A stretch of 64,000 bases of DNA, taken from Myxococcota bacterium. Lineage in GTDB: Bacteria; Myxococcota_A; Bradymonadia; UBA7976; UBA1532. The notes under the pieces are model-generated. The model ran no database searches and was not told the DNA's origin. It saw only the letters and a program-made list of their open reading frames with translations. Below, in pieces: positions 39,560-49,213 of the stretch (the first letter of the stretch is position 1; each line of letters opens with the position of its first letter). Location: assembly GCA_036337435.1 (NCBI GenBank), contig JAYZEG010000058.1, positions 160,001 to 224,000 on the forward strand. Direction: 5' to 3'. The position numbers and the translations under genes were made by a program.

Positions 39560-40846
39560 TCAACTCCTTATTTGACCTGCACCACGAATAATATATTTTC
39601 GTGTGGTTAAGTCATTAACACCCATTGGTCCATATGCATGAAGCTTGGATGTGCTGATACCAATTTCAGCCCCAAGACCCATTTGTCCACCATCGGAAAA
39701 CCGGGTGGATGCATTCGCCATGACGACGGAACTTTGGATGCGATGAATAAATCTCTCTATGGTTTCTTGGTCTTCAGAGACGATTGACTCCGTATGGTCG
39801 GACCCGAATTCGTCAATATGTGAGATGGCTGCGTCTACATCTGAGACAACCTTAACTGCGATTTTTAGGTCCAGGTACTCAGCATGATAATCTTCGAGAC
39901 TGGCTGGCGACACATCGCTATCAATTTTTGTCGTTTTCTCGCAACCGCAGATAGCCACACCAGCACCACGAAATCTTTCAAAAATGCGCGGTATAAATTG
40001 GCCAGCGACTGACTCATGAATCAGAAGCGTCTCCATCGCGTTGCAAACACCTGGACGTTGGACCTTGGCGTTGAAACAAATCTCTTCTGCTTTTGCCAGA
40101 TCAGCTCGCTCATCAACATAGACATGGCAAACGCCTTTGTAATGCTTGATGACTGGTACTTTTGAATTCTCGGTTACAAAGTCGATCAATGCTTCTCCAC
40201 CGCGAGGGATAATGACATCGATATGCGCGTCTGCCTTAAGCATAGCCATGATCCACGAACGATCGGTGGACGGCAAACTCATCAAAACATCCGGTGGTAA
40301 GCCGACCGTCTCAACAGCACTACGTAAACAATCTAGGATCGCTTGATTACTGTGCTGTGCTTCGCTACCACCGCGCAGAAAAACCACATTTCCACTCTTG
40401 AGACAGAGACCGGCAGCATCAGATGTCACGTTAGGCCTCGCTTCGTAAATCATGCCGATTACACCAAGTGGAATTCGAATCTGTGAGATCTGCAAACCAT
40501 TCGGTCGTACCCATTCATCGACGATTCGTCCGACAGGATCGCTCAGTTCGGCCACCTCTCGGAGACCCTGTGCCATAGACTCAATTCTCGACGGCGTCAG
40601 TTTAAGACGATCTCTCAGGGCACCTGTAATGCCTTTCTCATCGGCCCGAGCTAAATCAAGTTCGTTAGCCGCCTGAATGTTCAACGTCTTCGAATCGAGG
40701 GTTTCAGCCATGGCAAGTAGAGCCTGATTCTTTTGATCTGTTGACGCATTGACCAAAGCTCGAGCAGCCTGACGAGCACGCCGACCTAGACGGTCCATTT
40801 CTTGTAAATGGTTCAAATTGTCCCCCGACAAAACGACGCCCTGCAT
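39560..40846 (-). CDS. proA: gamma-glutamyl phosphate reductase (start uncertain)
   Basis: PLGVIGMIYEARPNV, IIPRGG, CNAMETLL, NASTRFSDG, EIGIST.KLHA.GP. Confidence 0.97.
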   Translation of the reverse strand: MQGVVLSGDNLNHLQEMDRLGRRARQAARALVNASTDQKNQALLAMAETLDSKTLNIQAANELDLARADEKGITGALRDRLKLTPSRIESMAQGLREVAELSDPVGRIVDEWVRPNGLQISQIRIPLGVIGMIYEARPNVTSDAAGLCLKSGNVVFLRGGSEAQHSNQAILDCLRSAVETVGLPPDVLMSLPSTDRSWIMAMLKADAHIDVIIPRGGEALIDFVTENSKVPVIKHYKGVCHVYVDERADLAKAEEICFNAKVQRPGVCNAMETLLIHESVAGQFIPRIFERFRGAGVAICGCEKTTKIDSDVSPASLEDYHAEYLDLKIAVKVVSDVDAAISHIDEFGSDHTESIVSEDQETIERFIHRIQSSVVMANASTRFSDGGQMGLGAEIGISTSKLHAYGPMGVNDLTTRKYIIRGAGQIRS

Positions 40847-40952
40847 ATTGGCTGGACTATCAAAGATTCCATCTCGGGCATAGGTTTTTTTGAGGGAAAA
40901 AAACCATTTCTTATGGATTTGACTGCCTCGGTCAGAGATCGACAATGAATTT

Positions 40953-42164
40953 TCAAGATGGGCGTCCAATCATCTCATAAATCCATCCCCTCGCCATCAA
41001 TCGTTGAATGAGATTTTCACCGAATGCCGTCATCGGTGTCAGTATACCTCCGCCACATTGAGAGACTGGATCAACGGTCTCTGTGAGACAAAAAGCTGAC
41101 TCGCAAAGAGCCATGACAGTGCTCCTATTTCCGGGATCGCCTTTGGCTTTCAACACCGCTCGATGAATAGATCCGTCATCAGCTTGAGCAACCATATCGA
41201 GCTTGAAAAAACCACTATCCATTGCTTTAACTGATGGTCCCTGCCCCGGTTTTGGTCCTACCCACTTGATGAATTGTCGACCCATTTTTGTACCCAAACT
41301 CGCTTCTGTTAAACGAGAAATACCTCCTATGAACGACGCTTTTGTTCGACTTTTCACAGACAAGCCTTCGAGATATCTAAAACTAGGGCCATAGGGACGA
41401 TTGATACCACCGAATAATCCATTGCTCCTGCGGACAACTCGCGTGTTTATCGGAGACATCACGAAGGGTGTAATCCACCCAAGATTTTCGTGAAACATCG
41501 GCTCATCTAAATCAGGACTTTCCGCGCGCTCAATTTCGGAGATTGCATCTGGAGGATTCAAGAGCAAGACGTCCTTCATCCGCGCTGTGTATGTGTCACT
41601 GCTCGATGTTTCGAGGGCTGTCGCCAATGTGCCTCCGTTAAACCCGCCTTTGAGCTTGAAGGCACCGACAACCTGGCCCAACATCAAGCCCTGTTTCCTC
41701 AGATGATTTGCCATGAAAAAAACCAGGCTATCACTCGGTACTGAATCAAACCCACAAAACGGAACGATCAAGGTCCCATCTCTTGCGGCTTGACCATGAT
41801 GTTTAGCAATGATGTCAGCGATGAAGGCCGTCTCGCCGGTGATGTCGACATAATGTGTCTTCTTATCGATGCATTGTTCGACCAAGAGTCTACCAAACTT
41901 TGAGTAAGGTCCCGCCGTAGTCAAAATAACCCTGGTCGACTCGGCCAGACGACTCATATCATCCGGATCCAAACCGTCGGCTTTGATGCATGGGATCTCT
42001 CGTCCGGGTGCCCATTTTCGGACTACGGCGTTTAATTTTTTGAGATCACGCCCGCTGACCGCCCAGCGTAGACTGGATGGTGCGTGTTGATTGACATACG
42101 CCACTGTTTGCTGGCCTGTGAAGCCACTGGCACCGTGCAATATCAAATCAAACGGTCGATTCAT
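40953..42164 (-). CDS. saccharopine dehydrogenase-like oxidoreductase (trans-acting enoyl reductase family)
   Basis: GASGFTG, AGPY...G, YVDITGE, CGFDSVPSD, GGILTP. Confidence 0.9.
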   Translation of the reverse strand: MNRPFDLILHGASGFTGQQTVAYVNQHAPSSLRWAVSGRDLKKLNAVVRKWAPGREIPCIKADGLDPDDMSRLAESTRVILTTAGPYSKFGRLLVEQCIDKKTHYVDITGETAFIADIIAKHHGQAARDGTLIVPFCGFDSVPSDSLVFFMANHLRKQGLMLGQVVGAFKLKGGFNGGTLATALETSSSDTYTARMKDVLLLNPPDAISEIERAESPDLDEPMFHENLGWITPFVMSPINTRVVRRSNGLFGGINRPYGPSFRYLEGLSVKSRTKASFIGGISRLTEASLGTKMGRQFIKWVGPKPGQGPSVKAMDSGFFKLDMVAQADDGSIHRAVLKAKGDPGNRSTVMALCESAFCLTETVDPVSQCGGGILTPMTAFGENLIQRLMARGWIYEMIGRPS

Positions 42165-42213
42165 GAATTATCGGGTCCGGAAGAACTCAGCCCTACTCGC
42201 CAGAAGAAAACGC

Positions 42214-43005
42214 TCAATCTCCGCACTTCTTCTTGGTCTTTTTATGCTTACGCTTTGCTCTTTTTAGATATTTATAGGAAGGATATTCATCGATTAATTC
42301 CTCGATGAACACCAGAGCGGTCTTGCACTTGTTGATTCGTCGAAAGGCGTCATGAGTCAATTCGAGTGCATCATCAACTTTTCGACCTTTCTTATACTTG
42401 GTCAGAATGATGTTGAGATGACGGATCGCCTCTTTCGGATTTTTATTCTGGTACTGACATTTGGCAGCCAGGTAGAGAGCACTGTCTGTCTGTTTGTACT
42501 TAGGAAATTTATTGTAGAGCTGCAAAAACGCCCGAATGGCCTCCTTACAATCCTTCTCTTTTTTACGATCGTAGCCGTATTCGTATAGTTCCTTGGCTGT
42601 CGTCGGCAACTTCACCGTTTCGGGTATGACTGTATCAGCAGGCGCATTTACAGGGCTCTCGGTCTGTGCTTTCAGAGAATCGTGTTTAAGCTTCGAAATC
42701 TCGCCTTTAAGACCTTTGATTTCATCTTTGATGCTTTGAAGTTCACTGTCACTATCCAAGCTGTCGTCCTGAAGACGTGAGATGGCTCGTTTGACTCGTT
42801 CGTCAATCTTATCGAATCGAGATTCTAGGGAACCGAAGCCTTTTTCGAGTTTTTTTCGGAGCTTTCGCTGGTCTTCCACTTGCTGTTCAAGCTGGGCTCT
42901 TACCATCTCAATGTCGGCTGACATCTCTTGGCCGCGCCAGTGGCTGACGCAGCTGGTCGATAAAGTACCGACCAGCGCGATGTAAGTGAGCCTGAGAACC
43001 ATCAT
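42214..43005 (-). CDS. cpoB: CpoB/YbgF-like coiled-coil + TPR lipoprotein
   Basis: Lipobox-like STSC, coiled coil, TPR 'AI..F..L..KFP......ALY..A.C.Y'; directly downstream of pal. Confidence 0.7.
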   Translation of the reverse strand: MMVLRLTYIALVGTLSTSCVSHWRGQEMSADIEMVRAQLEQQVEDQRKLRKKLEKGFGSLESRFDKIDERVKRAISRLQDDSLDSDSELQSIKDEIKGLKGEISKLKHDSLKAQTESPVNAPADTVIPETVKLPTTAKELYEYGYDRKKEKDCKEAIRAFLQLYNKFPKYKQTDSALYLAAKCQYQNKNPKEAIRHLNIILTKYKKGRKVDDALELTHDAFRRINKCKTALVFIEELIDEYPSYKYLKRAKRKHKKTKKKCGD

Positions 43006-43018
43006 CGGTCCTCAATCC

Positions 43019-43789
43019 TTACTTATTTGGAGTGAATTCAGAGCGGCGGTTCTTACGCCATGCGCTCTCGTTACTGCCATCAGCAGCAGGTCGATTCTTG
43101 CCGTAGCTTATCGTTGAGAGTTTATCCTCAGGAGCACCCTTCTTGACCAGGTGCTTCTTGGTTGAGGCTGCACGCTTTTCACCCAAAGCCATGTTGTATT
43201 CCTCAGTGCCGCGCTCATCGCAATGCCCTTCGATGACGATGTTGGCGACATTGTCACCCTGTAGACAGGTTGCAACTGACTCGATCTTCTCTCGCTCAGA
43301 CCGTTTGATGTTGTGACGGTTGTAGTCGAAGTAGACCGGCTCCGCTGTACACTCGACGATCTTGATCTGGCATGCACCGCCAACGCATTCTTTACCCTCT
43401 GGGCATGCAGGGGTCAGAGCCTTATCGCCACACTCGGGTCGGTCCGAGCAGCTGCCGTTATCGCAGTACTTTGTCTCAGAGCACTCGTTATCGCCCATAC
43501 ATTCTGGTCCACAGCGATTGTCGCGGCACTTTTGGTTACCAGGACATGCGGTTTCGCCATCGCAGTAACCAGGTATCTGCTCACAGAGACCGCGGGTACA
43601 GCGCATACCAGGACCCTTACAATGGTCGTTAGTTGCGCACTGGCTACACTTACCGCTGTAGCAGTATTCACCCTTGTCAGAGCAATGGTCGTTGCTCTCA
43701 CACTTGGGATACGTTGGGCCACAGGCGGCGAAAAAAAGTGCTGCTGCAGCGAGGAGAAAATTACTTACCAATAGGCGAGTCGAGCTCAT
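43019..43789 (-). CDS. pal: Pal/OmpA-family peptidoglycan-associated lipoprotein with N-terminal Cys-rich repeats
   Basis: Lipobox FAAC; VYFDY, IEGHCDERGTEEYNMALGEKRA, ISYGK.RP, WRKNRR.EF. Confidence 0.88.
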   Translation of the reverse strand: MSSTRLLVSNFLLAAAALFFAACGPTYPKCESNDHCSDKGEYCYSGKCSQCATNDHCKGPGMRCTRGLCEQIPGYCDGETACPGNQKCRDNRCGPECMGDNECSETKYCDNGSCSDRPECGDKALTPACPEGKECVGGACQIKIVECTAEPVYFDYNRHNIKRSEREKIESVATCLQGDNVANIVIEGHCDERGTEEYNMALGEKRAASTKKHLVKKGAPEDKLSTISYGKNRPAADGSNESAWRKNRRSEFTPNK

Positions 43790-43897
43790 GTCACTCATCC
43801 AATGAAATATGTTGAAAGTACGTGCATTCAATGCACAACAATGGCTAATGTTGGGGACGCTAGACGAACTCAATGCCGTTGTCAACTGATGCATCTC

Positions 43898-44590
43898 ATG
43901 AACCGTGGCACTTTTACTAAAATCATGCTCGCAATCGCATGCTGCGCATGCAGTTATCAACCGCAGGAGTCTATGCTCACTGTCGTTGACTCATTGCCTA
44001 GAGACCGGTCAACAATCGGGTCTGATGAACCTATAAGCATCATGTTCGACGACTATTTGTCTCTATCTAGCCTATCCACTGACGGGATTGTTCTCTCCTC
44101 GGGCGATCTAAGCGTTGACGTTCAGTTGAGCTATAATCCGGTGGACAAAGCCATCGTCATCAAACCAAAGCGTAACTTGCGGGTCGGTATAGGCTACAGT
44201 TTAACGATTGAGCGAAATAGCATCCTGAGTTGGAGCGGCCAGACGGGAAACGAAGAATATCGACTCAATTTTCGAACAGACGGTCCCATCGGATCCGCGG
44301 CGCAACCGATTTCATATGGGGCTGACATCCAACCTATTTTCGTAAAGCAGTGCGGATGCCATGGATTCGAAGACGATATTCATCCAAATCTCGACCAATG
44401 GCCGTCGCTGGTGGATACACCAAGCTCTCGTCAACCAGAATTTCCCCTCATCAGTCCAGGCCAGCCATTGAGCAGTTATCTGATCCTGCGATTACTGCCA
44501 GATTATCCAACTGTGTTCGGTTCACCGAAAAGCGTCACAAAAGAGGAGGTAAGACGTTTGGTTCGTTGGGTCAGACGACTGGCACCGTAA
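43898..44590 (+). CDS. lipoprotein with Ig-like (Big_5-type) domain and cytochrome c-like C-terminal domain
   Basis: ACCAC lipobox; 'I.I.FDD', 'I.IKP..L..G..YSLTI', 'F.T'; 'ISY..DIQPIF..QCGCHG', 'ISPG.P..SYL'. Confidence 0.65.
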   Translation: MNRGTFTKIMLAIACCACSYQPQESMLTVVDSLPRDRSTIGSDEPISIMFDDYLSLSSLSTDGIVLSSGDLSVDVQLSYNPVDKAIVIKPKRNLRVGIGYSLTIERNSILSWSGQTGNEEYRLNFRTDGPIGSAAQPISYGADIQPIFVKQCGCHGFEDDIHPNLDQWPSLVDTPSSRQPEFPLISPGQPLSSYLILRLLPDYPTVFGSPKSVTKEEVRRLVRWVRRLAP

Positions 44591-44594
44591 CGGC

Positions 44595-45416
44595 CTATTT
44601 GATGTCCTTGAGGAGCTTCTCGACCATGGCAGCAATTTTCTCAGGCGTCATTTCATCTGTGTACATACGCCCATTGATGTAGAGGGCTGGGGTTCCTTGT
44701 ATTTGGGCAGCAATTGCCTCTTTTTTATCCCGATCGAGTTGGTCCTTGACCGCGACGCCAACCATGTCGGCATTGAATCGTTTCAAGTCGAGACCCAATT
44801 GTTTGGCAAAGGCACTGAAGCTTTCGTTTGAAAGACGAGTCTGATTATCGAAGATGAGGTCGTGCATCTCCCAAAACTTACCTTGTCGCTGAGCAGCAAG
44901 GGCTGCTTTTGATGCACGTTCGGAATAGGTGTGGTGGGGCAATGGAAATTGCTTGAAGACCAATGCAACGTCGTTGGGATATTTTTTGGATACCGCCCCT
45001 AAAACGGCTCTCATGGCTGAGCAATGTGGGCATTCAAAATCAGCGAACTCAACGATAGTGATTCGCGGTTTCTCAGCCCCTTTTGTGGGGGAACTCGAGA
45101 CATCAAAGGTGTAACGAACGTGGTCATCGATATACTTCCGAATGACCGCCTCTCCAACTTGGCTCACACTCAAGCCTTCTTTAAATTTATCGACGCCATA
45201 TTGGGCCAGCTCAGTTGCAGCAGGACACGACTTTTGCTGGACACACGTGAGAATCGTCTGTTTGGGATCGCACGGGCAGACGCCTTGTCCCAGCAAACCA
45301 ACCAACGCCTGCATGTTGTCACCGGCAACGCCGCTTGAATTAACACCGGGAAGCGGATTGAGTGCGGGTGAACTCAAAATGAGTGCTAGAACACCGAAGC
45401 TGTAAGCTGGTAACAT
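44595..45416 (-). CDS. DsbA/thioredoxin-domain protein with N-terminal CPC domain
   Basis: EFADFECPHC, FKQFPL, QGKFWEMHD, IQGTP; start set at MLPAYSF with GAGG SD. Confidence 0.9.
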   Translation of the reverse strand: MLPAYSFGVLALILSSPALNPLPGVNSSGVAGDNMQALVGLLGQGVCPCDPKQTILTCVQQKSCPAATELAQYGVDKFKEGLSVSQVGEAVIRKYIDDHVRYTFDVSSSPTKGAEKPRITIVEFADFECPHCSAMRAVLGAVSKKYPNDVALVFKQFPLPHHTYSERASKAALAAQRQGKFWEMHDLIFDNQTRLSNESFSAFAKQLGLDLKRFNADMVGVAVKDQLDRDKKEAIAAQIQGTPALYINGRMYTDEMTPEKIAAMVEKLLKDIK

Positions 45417-45507
45417 AGTGGACCTCTTGTCGCAGGCAGATTTGGGTTGTGACCGTATTAAGACCACCCAAGCTTTGTCAACCGCGGTGTCGACGAACCG
45501 CAGTCGG

Positions 45508-46041
45508 TTGTTGCCGGATGAAACAAGAAAGCGAGCGTGGATTATTTCTGACAAGACCGAAATTTTTTGGATTGGCTTGGGCGGTAATAGCGGGGACGTA
45601 AAAAAGTGCTTTGATCAGGTCATCCAGCGAATCACCTCGGAGCTCAATGTCGTATTGAATCAGAGCCGGTTGTATAAGACGAAACCATGGGGGCCTGTTC
45701 CTCAGCAGGATTTCTTGAACCAAGTGGTCGAAATTCACACTGCCATGCCACCCCTCGCCTTACTCGATTATCTTCAAACTTTAGAAGGTCAGTTTGGGCG
45801 AGTCAGATCACAAGAGATCCGTTGGGGACCGCGAACGATCGACCTCGACATCTTGTCTTGGACAGGGCCTTCCTTGGCGATGAATAGACTGACCGTTCCA
45901 CATCCCTTGTTATCCGACCGTCAGTTTGTGCTAAAACCCTTCGCAGACCTGGCACCTGACCATAGGCCGCCCGGTTTGCAAAAAAGCATTAAGGACCTGC
46001 TCAAGATATGCCCCGATTCCACGAATGCCGATTTATTCTAG
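45508..46041 (+). CDS. folK: 2-amino-4-hydroxy-6-hydroxymethyldihydropteridine diphosphokinase (start uncertain)
   Basis: IGLGGN.GD, SRLY.T.PWG...Q.DFLN, WGPRTIDLDIL, PHP....R.FVL.P. Confidence 0.93.
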   Translation: MLPDETRKRAWIISDKTEIFWIGLGGNSGDVKKCFDQVIQRITSELNVVLNQSRLYKTKPWGPVPQQDFLNQVVEIHTAMPPLALLDYLQTLEGQFGRVRSQEIRWGPRTIDLDILSWTGPSLAMNRLTVPHPLLSDRQFVLKPFADLAPDHRPPGLQKSIKDLLKICPDSTNADLF

Positions 46042-46679
46042 CCGTTGGCTTGATGGGCCTACTCGGATTTGACTCAGCGCACGCTCAGCCAAAGTTGCGA
46101 GATCAGCTTGGGCCTGAACGACCCATGCCTCCAGCTGGCGAACGCCATGCTTTCCAGGTTAACCAGACAGCGGCGACACAAATTAATCAAGATAACCTGC
46201 TCAAGAACCCAGCCAATTTGGTTCGGTTCTTCCGGGAAAACCCAACCCGGCTGTCGGTGGATTCAATGAATCCAGCCCTGGCACTGACGATCTCCCGAAT
46301 TTTGGTTGAGGGCGGCGCACTCTTTATTTCAGAAAAGCTCTTGGACATGTCGATACAGAAATGGACGATGAGAAATGATTTAAAACGCGAACACGGCCGA
46401 CTTTTGGTGCAACTGGGCCGACCAAACGCAGCGGTTCTCAAGTTGAGAAAACTCGTCGAGGATGAGCCGAACAATGCAGCCAATCATTTCATTTATGCGT
46501 TCGCCCTCGTTCGGCTAAAACCGGAAACTGACGCACGGAAAAACGAGGCTATCAAACATTTCGAAAAAGTGCTCTTTCTCGACCCCAACTACCGGGACTC
46601 CAGTGGCTGGTCTGCGAGTAATATCCGCAATCAACTCAATCGGATGAAGGGGAGCGACCCGACGGGTTTAGTGCCTTGA
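46008..46679 (+). CDS. secreted TPR protein
   Basis: Signal peptide ending AHA; TPR 'AIKHFEKVLFLDPN'. Confidence 0.7.
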   Translation: MPRFHECRFILAVGLMGLLGFDSAHAQPKLRDQLGPERPMPPAGERHAFQVNQTAATQINQDNLLKNPANLVRFFRENPTRLSVDSMNPALALTISRILVEGGALFISEKLLDMSIQKWTMRNDLKREHGRLLVQLGRPNAAVLKLRKLVEDEPNNAANHFIYAFALVRLKPETDARKNEAIKHFEKVLFLDPNYRDSSGWSASNIRNQLNRMKGSDPTGLVP

Positions 46680-47919
46680 GGCGTTCAATGAATTGCTGTT
46701 CTTGGCCAACGCCAGATGGCTGAAATAAATGCCGTCCTTCCAATTGTTTGGGTAATGCATCCCGGGTATCGGCTTGCTCATCGAGTCGGTCGGTTTGTGG
46801 TCTCTGTGTAGATTGACGAAGCCAACTTGGAACAGGGGCTGAACCGGCGTCTTTAACCGCTTCGCGGCTCGCCAACAATGTCTTTTTGATGGTGTCGCTC
46901 TTTGGCGCCGTTGCAAGATAGGTAACAGCCTGCATTAAAGCATAGTTTCCCTCCGGCATACCGACAAAGCGAAACGCATCTAAGGCTGCCGTGGCCACCT
47001 GCAATGCATTTGAATCTGCATGCCCAATATCTTCGCTGGCGAAGATAATGAGACGTCTGAACAAAAACAGGGGGTCTTCTCCAGACATGACCAACCGTTG
47101 AGCCCAATACGCCGCAGCATCTGGTTCACTGGCCCTCATCGATTTGATCAAGGCGCTGATCACGTCATAGTGCGAATCTCCATCTCGGTCATGATCGAAA
47201 ACCGGTTTGCCGATAACTTCGCTAAGGAGGGCTGAATCCATAGCGCGACCATCATTGAGTGCTATCTCCAAAACATTCAGTGCCCGTCTCGCGTCGCCCT
47301 CGGACCTCTGTGCGATGAGCTTGATTACATCCTCGTCGAGATTGAGGCCTGGCCAACGCTTTACACATTCCGAATGGTGCAAGGCACGATGGAGAATAGC
47401 CACGATAGAATCAAGGTCATGACGCCCTAACGGGACAACTCGACATCGACTCAAAACAGCTGAATTTACGTAGAAACTTGGATTTTCAGTGGTGGCACCA
47501 ATGAGAATAAAAGTGCCGGTCTCAATATGCGGCAGTAGAGCGTCCTGCTGAGCTTTATTGAAACGATGAATTTCGTCGATGAAGAGGATGGTCTGACGGC
47601 CACTGTATCGTCGTTCTTCATGAGCGCGTTCAACGTGTTTCCTGATTTCCTTCACTCCATCTAAGACGGCAGAAATAGATTCGAATCTCCGCTTCGTTTG
47701 CTCGGCAATAATCCCAGCAAGGGTGGTTTTGCCCACACCAGGTGGACCCCAAAATAGAACACTCGTGACGCGATCTGACTCGATCATCCTGCGAAGAACA
47801 GACCCTGGGCCGGACACGTCGGACTGACCAAAAAATTCATCCAAGGTCCGAGGGCGAACCACGTCTGCGAGTGGTTTGGCATGGCCATGTTGATCGACAG
47901 CGTAATCAAAGAGATCCAT
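46636..47919 (-). CDS. rarA: replication-associated recombination protein A (MgsA/RarA)
   Basis: PLA..RP, WGPPGVGKT, FIDEIHRFNKAQQD, GATTENPSF, ASEDIG. Confidence 0.95.
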   Translation of the reverse strand: MDLFDYAVDQHGHAKPLADVVRPRTLDEFFGQSDVSGPGSVLRRMIESDRVTSVLFWGPPGVGKTTLAGIIAEQTKRRFESISAVLDGVKEIRKHVERAHEERRYSGRQTILFIDEIHRFNKAQQDALLPHIETGTFILIGATTENPSFYVNSAVLSRCRVVPLGRHDLDSIVAILHRALHHSECVKRWPGLNLDEDVIKLIAQRSEGDARRALNVLEIALNDGRAMDSALLSEVIGKPVFDHDRDGDSHYDVISALIKSMRASEPDAAAYWAQRLVMSGEDPLFLFRRLIIFASEDIGHADSNALQVATAALDAFRFVGMPEGNYALMQAVTYLATAPKSDTIKKTLLASREAVKDAGSAPVPSWLRQSTQRPQTDRLDEQADTRDALPKQLEGRHLFQPSGVGQEQQFIERLKALNPSGRSPSSD

Positions 47920-49213
47920 CGTGTTCCTCATCAGGGTTTAAAAAACCCGTAATGGCATGCTGATAAATCACTTTAATGGGAATACCAGAGGCGTTTGCAA
48001 TATTGCGGCAATCGTCAAATTCGGGTGCAACGTTACACATAATGCCGTCTCGATAGGCAACTTTGACCCGAACCTCACCCCAAGGGGTTTCAACAGTTTC
48101 AAGCGCTCTATCTAAGCAACGTCTGTCGATGGAAGAATACCGTAATCCAATGGCCGAGGATTGAGCAAAAATCGTATTTTCAATGGCCCTTCGATGTCTT
48201 GACTCAATCAAGACGCTCACCTTGGTTCCGGGACGATTCTTTTTCATTTGAATCGGCGTAAACCAAACATCGAGAGCACCCTGATTGAACAGTTCATCCA
48301 TGAGGTGACCTAATAGTTCGGGGGTCATATCATCAACATTGGTCTCCAACAGAACGGACGGCTGCGGCAGCTCCTCTGTTTCCCCTAAGACAAGACGGAG
48401 AGCATTGGGCCTGTCCGGGAATTCCGCATCTCCAAATCCCCAGCCCACTTTTGAGACGCGCATGGTCGGAAAAGGACCCACGCGAGTACCCCAAGCCTTA
48501 ATGAAGGCAGCCCCGGTGGGCGTGACCAATTCTCGTTCAAGTCCGGCATCGACGACTTGCAGACCTTGCGTAATGAGTAAGGTTGCCGGTGCGGGCAATG
48601 GAATTCGACCATGAGCGCATTTAATAAATCCCCGCCCCAGGGGCAGGGGGGCTGACTCAATTCTATCAATTTTTAGAGCCCACATGCACCAAGCAACCCC
48701 CACAATGTCGACAATGCTATCCACCGCACCAACCTCATGGAAATGAACGTCCTCCACCGGGACACCATGGACTTCGGCTTCCGCCTTAGCGACCACCTCA
48801 AATGCGCCGATGGCCATTTTTTTGACGGATTCCGGAAGACGTGATTTAGCGATAATATCGACAATATCCCTGTAATGACGGTGATTTTCATGGGTGTGAT
48901 CAGTCGGATTATGTCCGGGCGATTCGTCGTGATGAGCGGACCCATGACCATGTCCGTGATCGCTGAAATGTTGACCAGACTCGAGACTGCCCGCCGGTCC
49001 CTCCTTCTGGTCCCCAACCCAAATTTCTACATTTATTCCCCTCAGCCCTTGACGTCTGTCGACCCTCGCTGAAAGGGACCAATCCGGTAAATCTAAGCTT
49101 TTCAGAGCCTCAACCAACTGTTCTTTATCGACGCCTAAATCAATCAATGCGCCGAGCGTCATGTCGCCCGCAATCCCACTAAAGCAGTCAAAGTAAAGAA
49201 TGCGTTCAGTCAT
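47906..49213 (-). CDS. larC: nickel pincer cofactor biosynthesis protein LarC
   Basis: YFDCFSGIAGDM, His-rich tract, HFHEVGAVDSI.DI, PAPAT, ETNVDD, MKKNRPG, PEFDDC. Confidence 0.96.
   Translation of the reverse strand: MTERILYFDCFSGIAGDMTLGALIDLGVDKEQLVEALKSLDLPDWSLSARVDRRQGLRGINVEIWVGDQKEGPAGSLESGQHFSDHGHGHGSAHHDESPGHNPTDHTHENHRHYRDIVDIIAKSRLPESVKKMAIGAFEVVAKAEAEVHGVPVEDVHFHEVGAVDSIVDIVGVAWCMWALKIDRIESAPLPLGRGFIKCAHGRIPLPAPATLLITQGLQVVDAGLERELVTPTGAAFIKAWGTRVGPFPTMRVSKVGWGFGDAEFPDRPNALRLVLGETEELPQPSVLLETNVDDMTPELLGHLMDELFNQGALDVWFTPIQMKKNRPGTKVSVLIESRHRRAIENTIFAQSSAIGLRYSSIDRRCLDRALETVETPWGEVRVKVAYRDGIMCNVAPEFDDCRNIANASGIPIKVIYQHAITGFLNPDEEHDGSL

Noticed and set aside
43790..43960. Long N-terminal extensions in the ORF track for pal (also prs, proA, dsbA, larC, hppA)
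   Set aside because: They overlap neighbouring genes or the tRNA, or precede a better start; downstream starts with an SD or family-typical N-termini fit better
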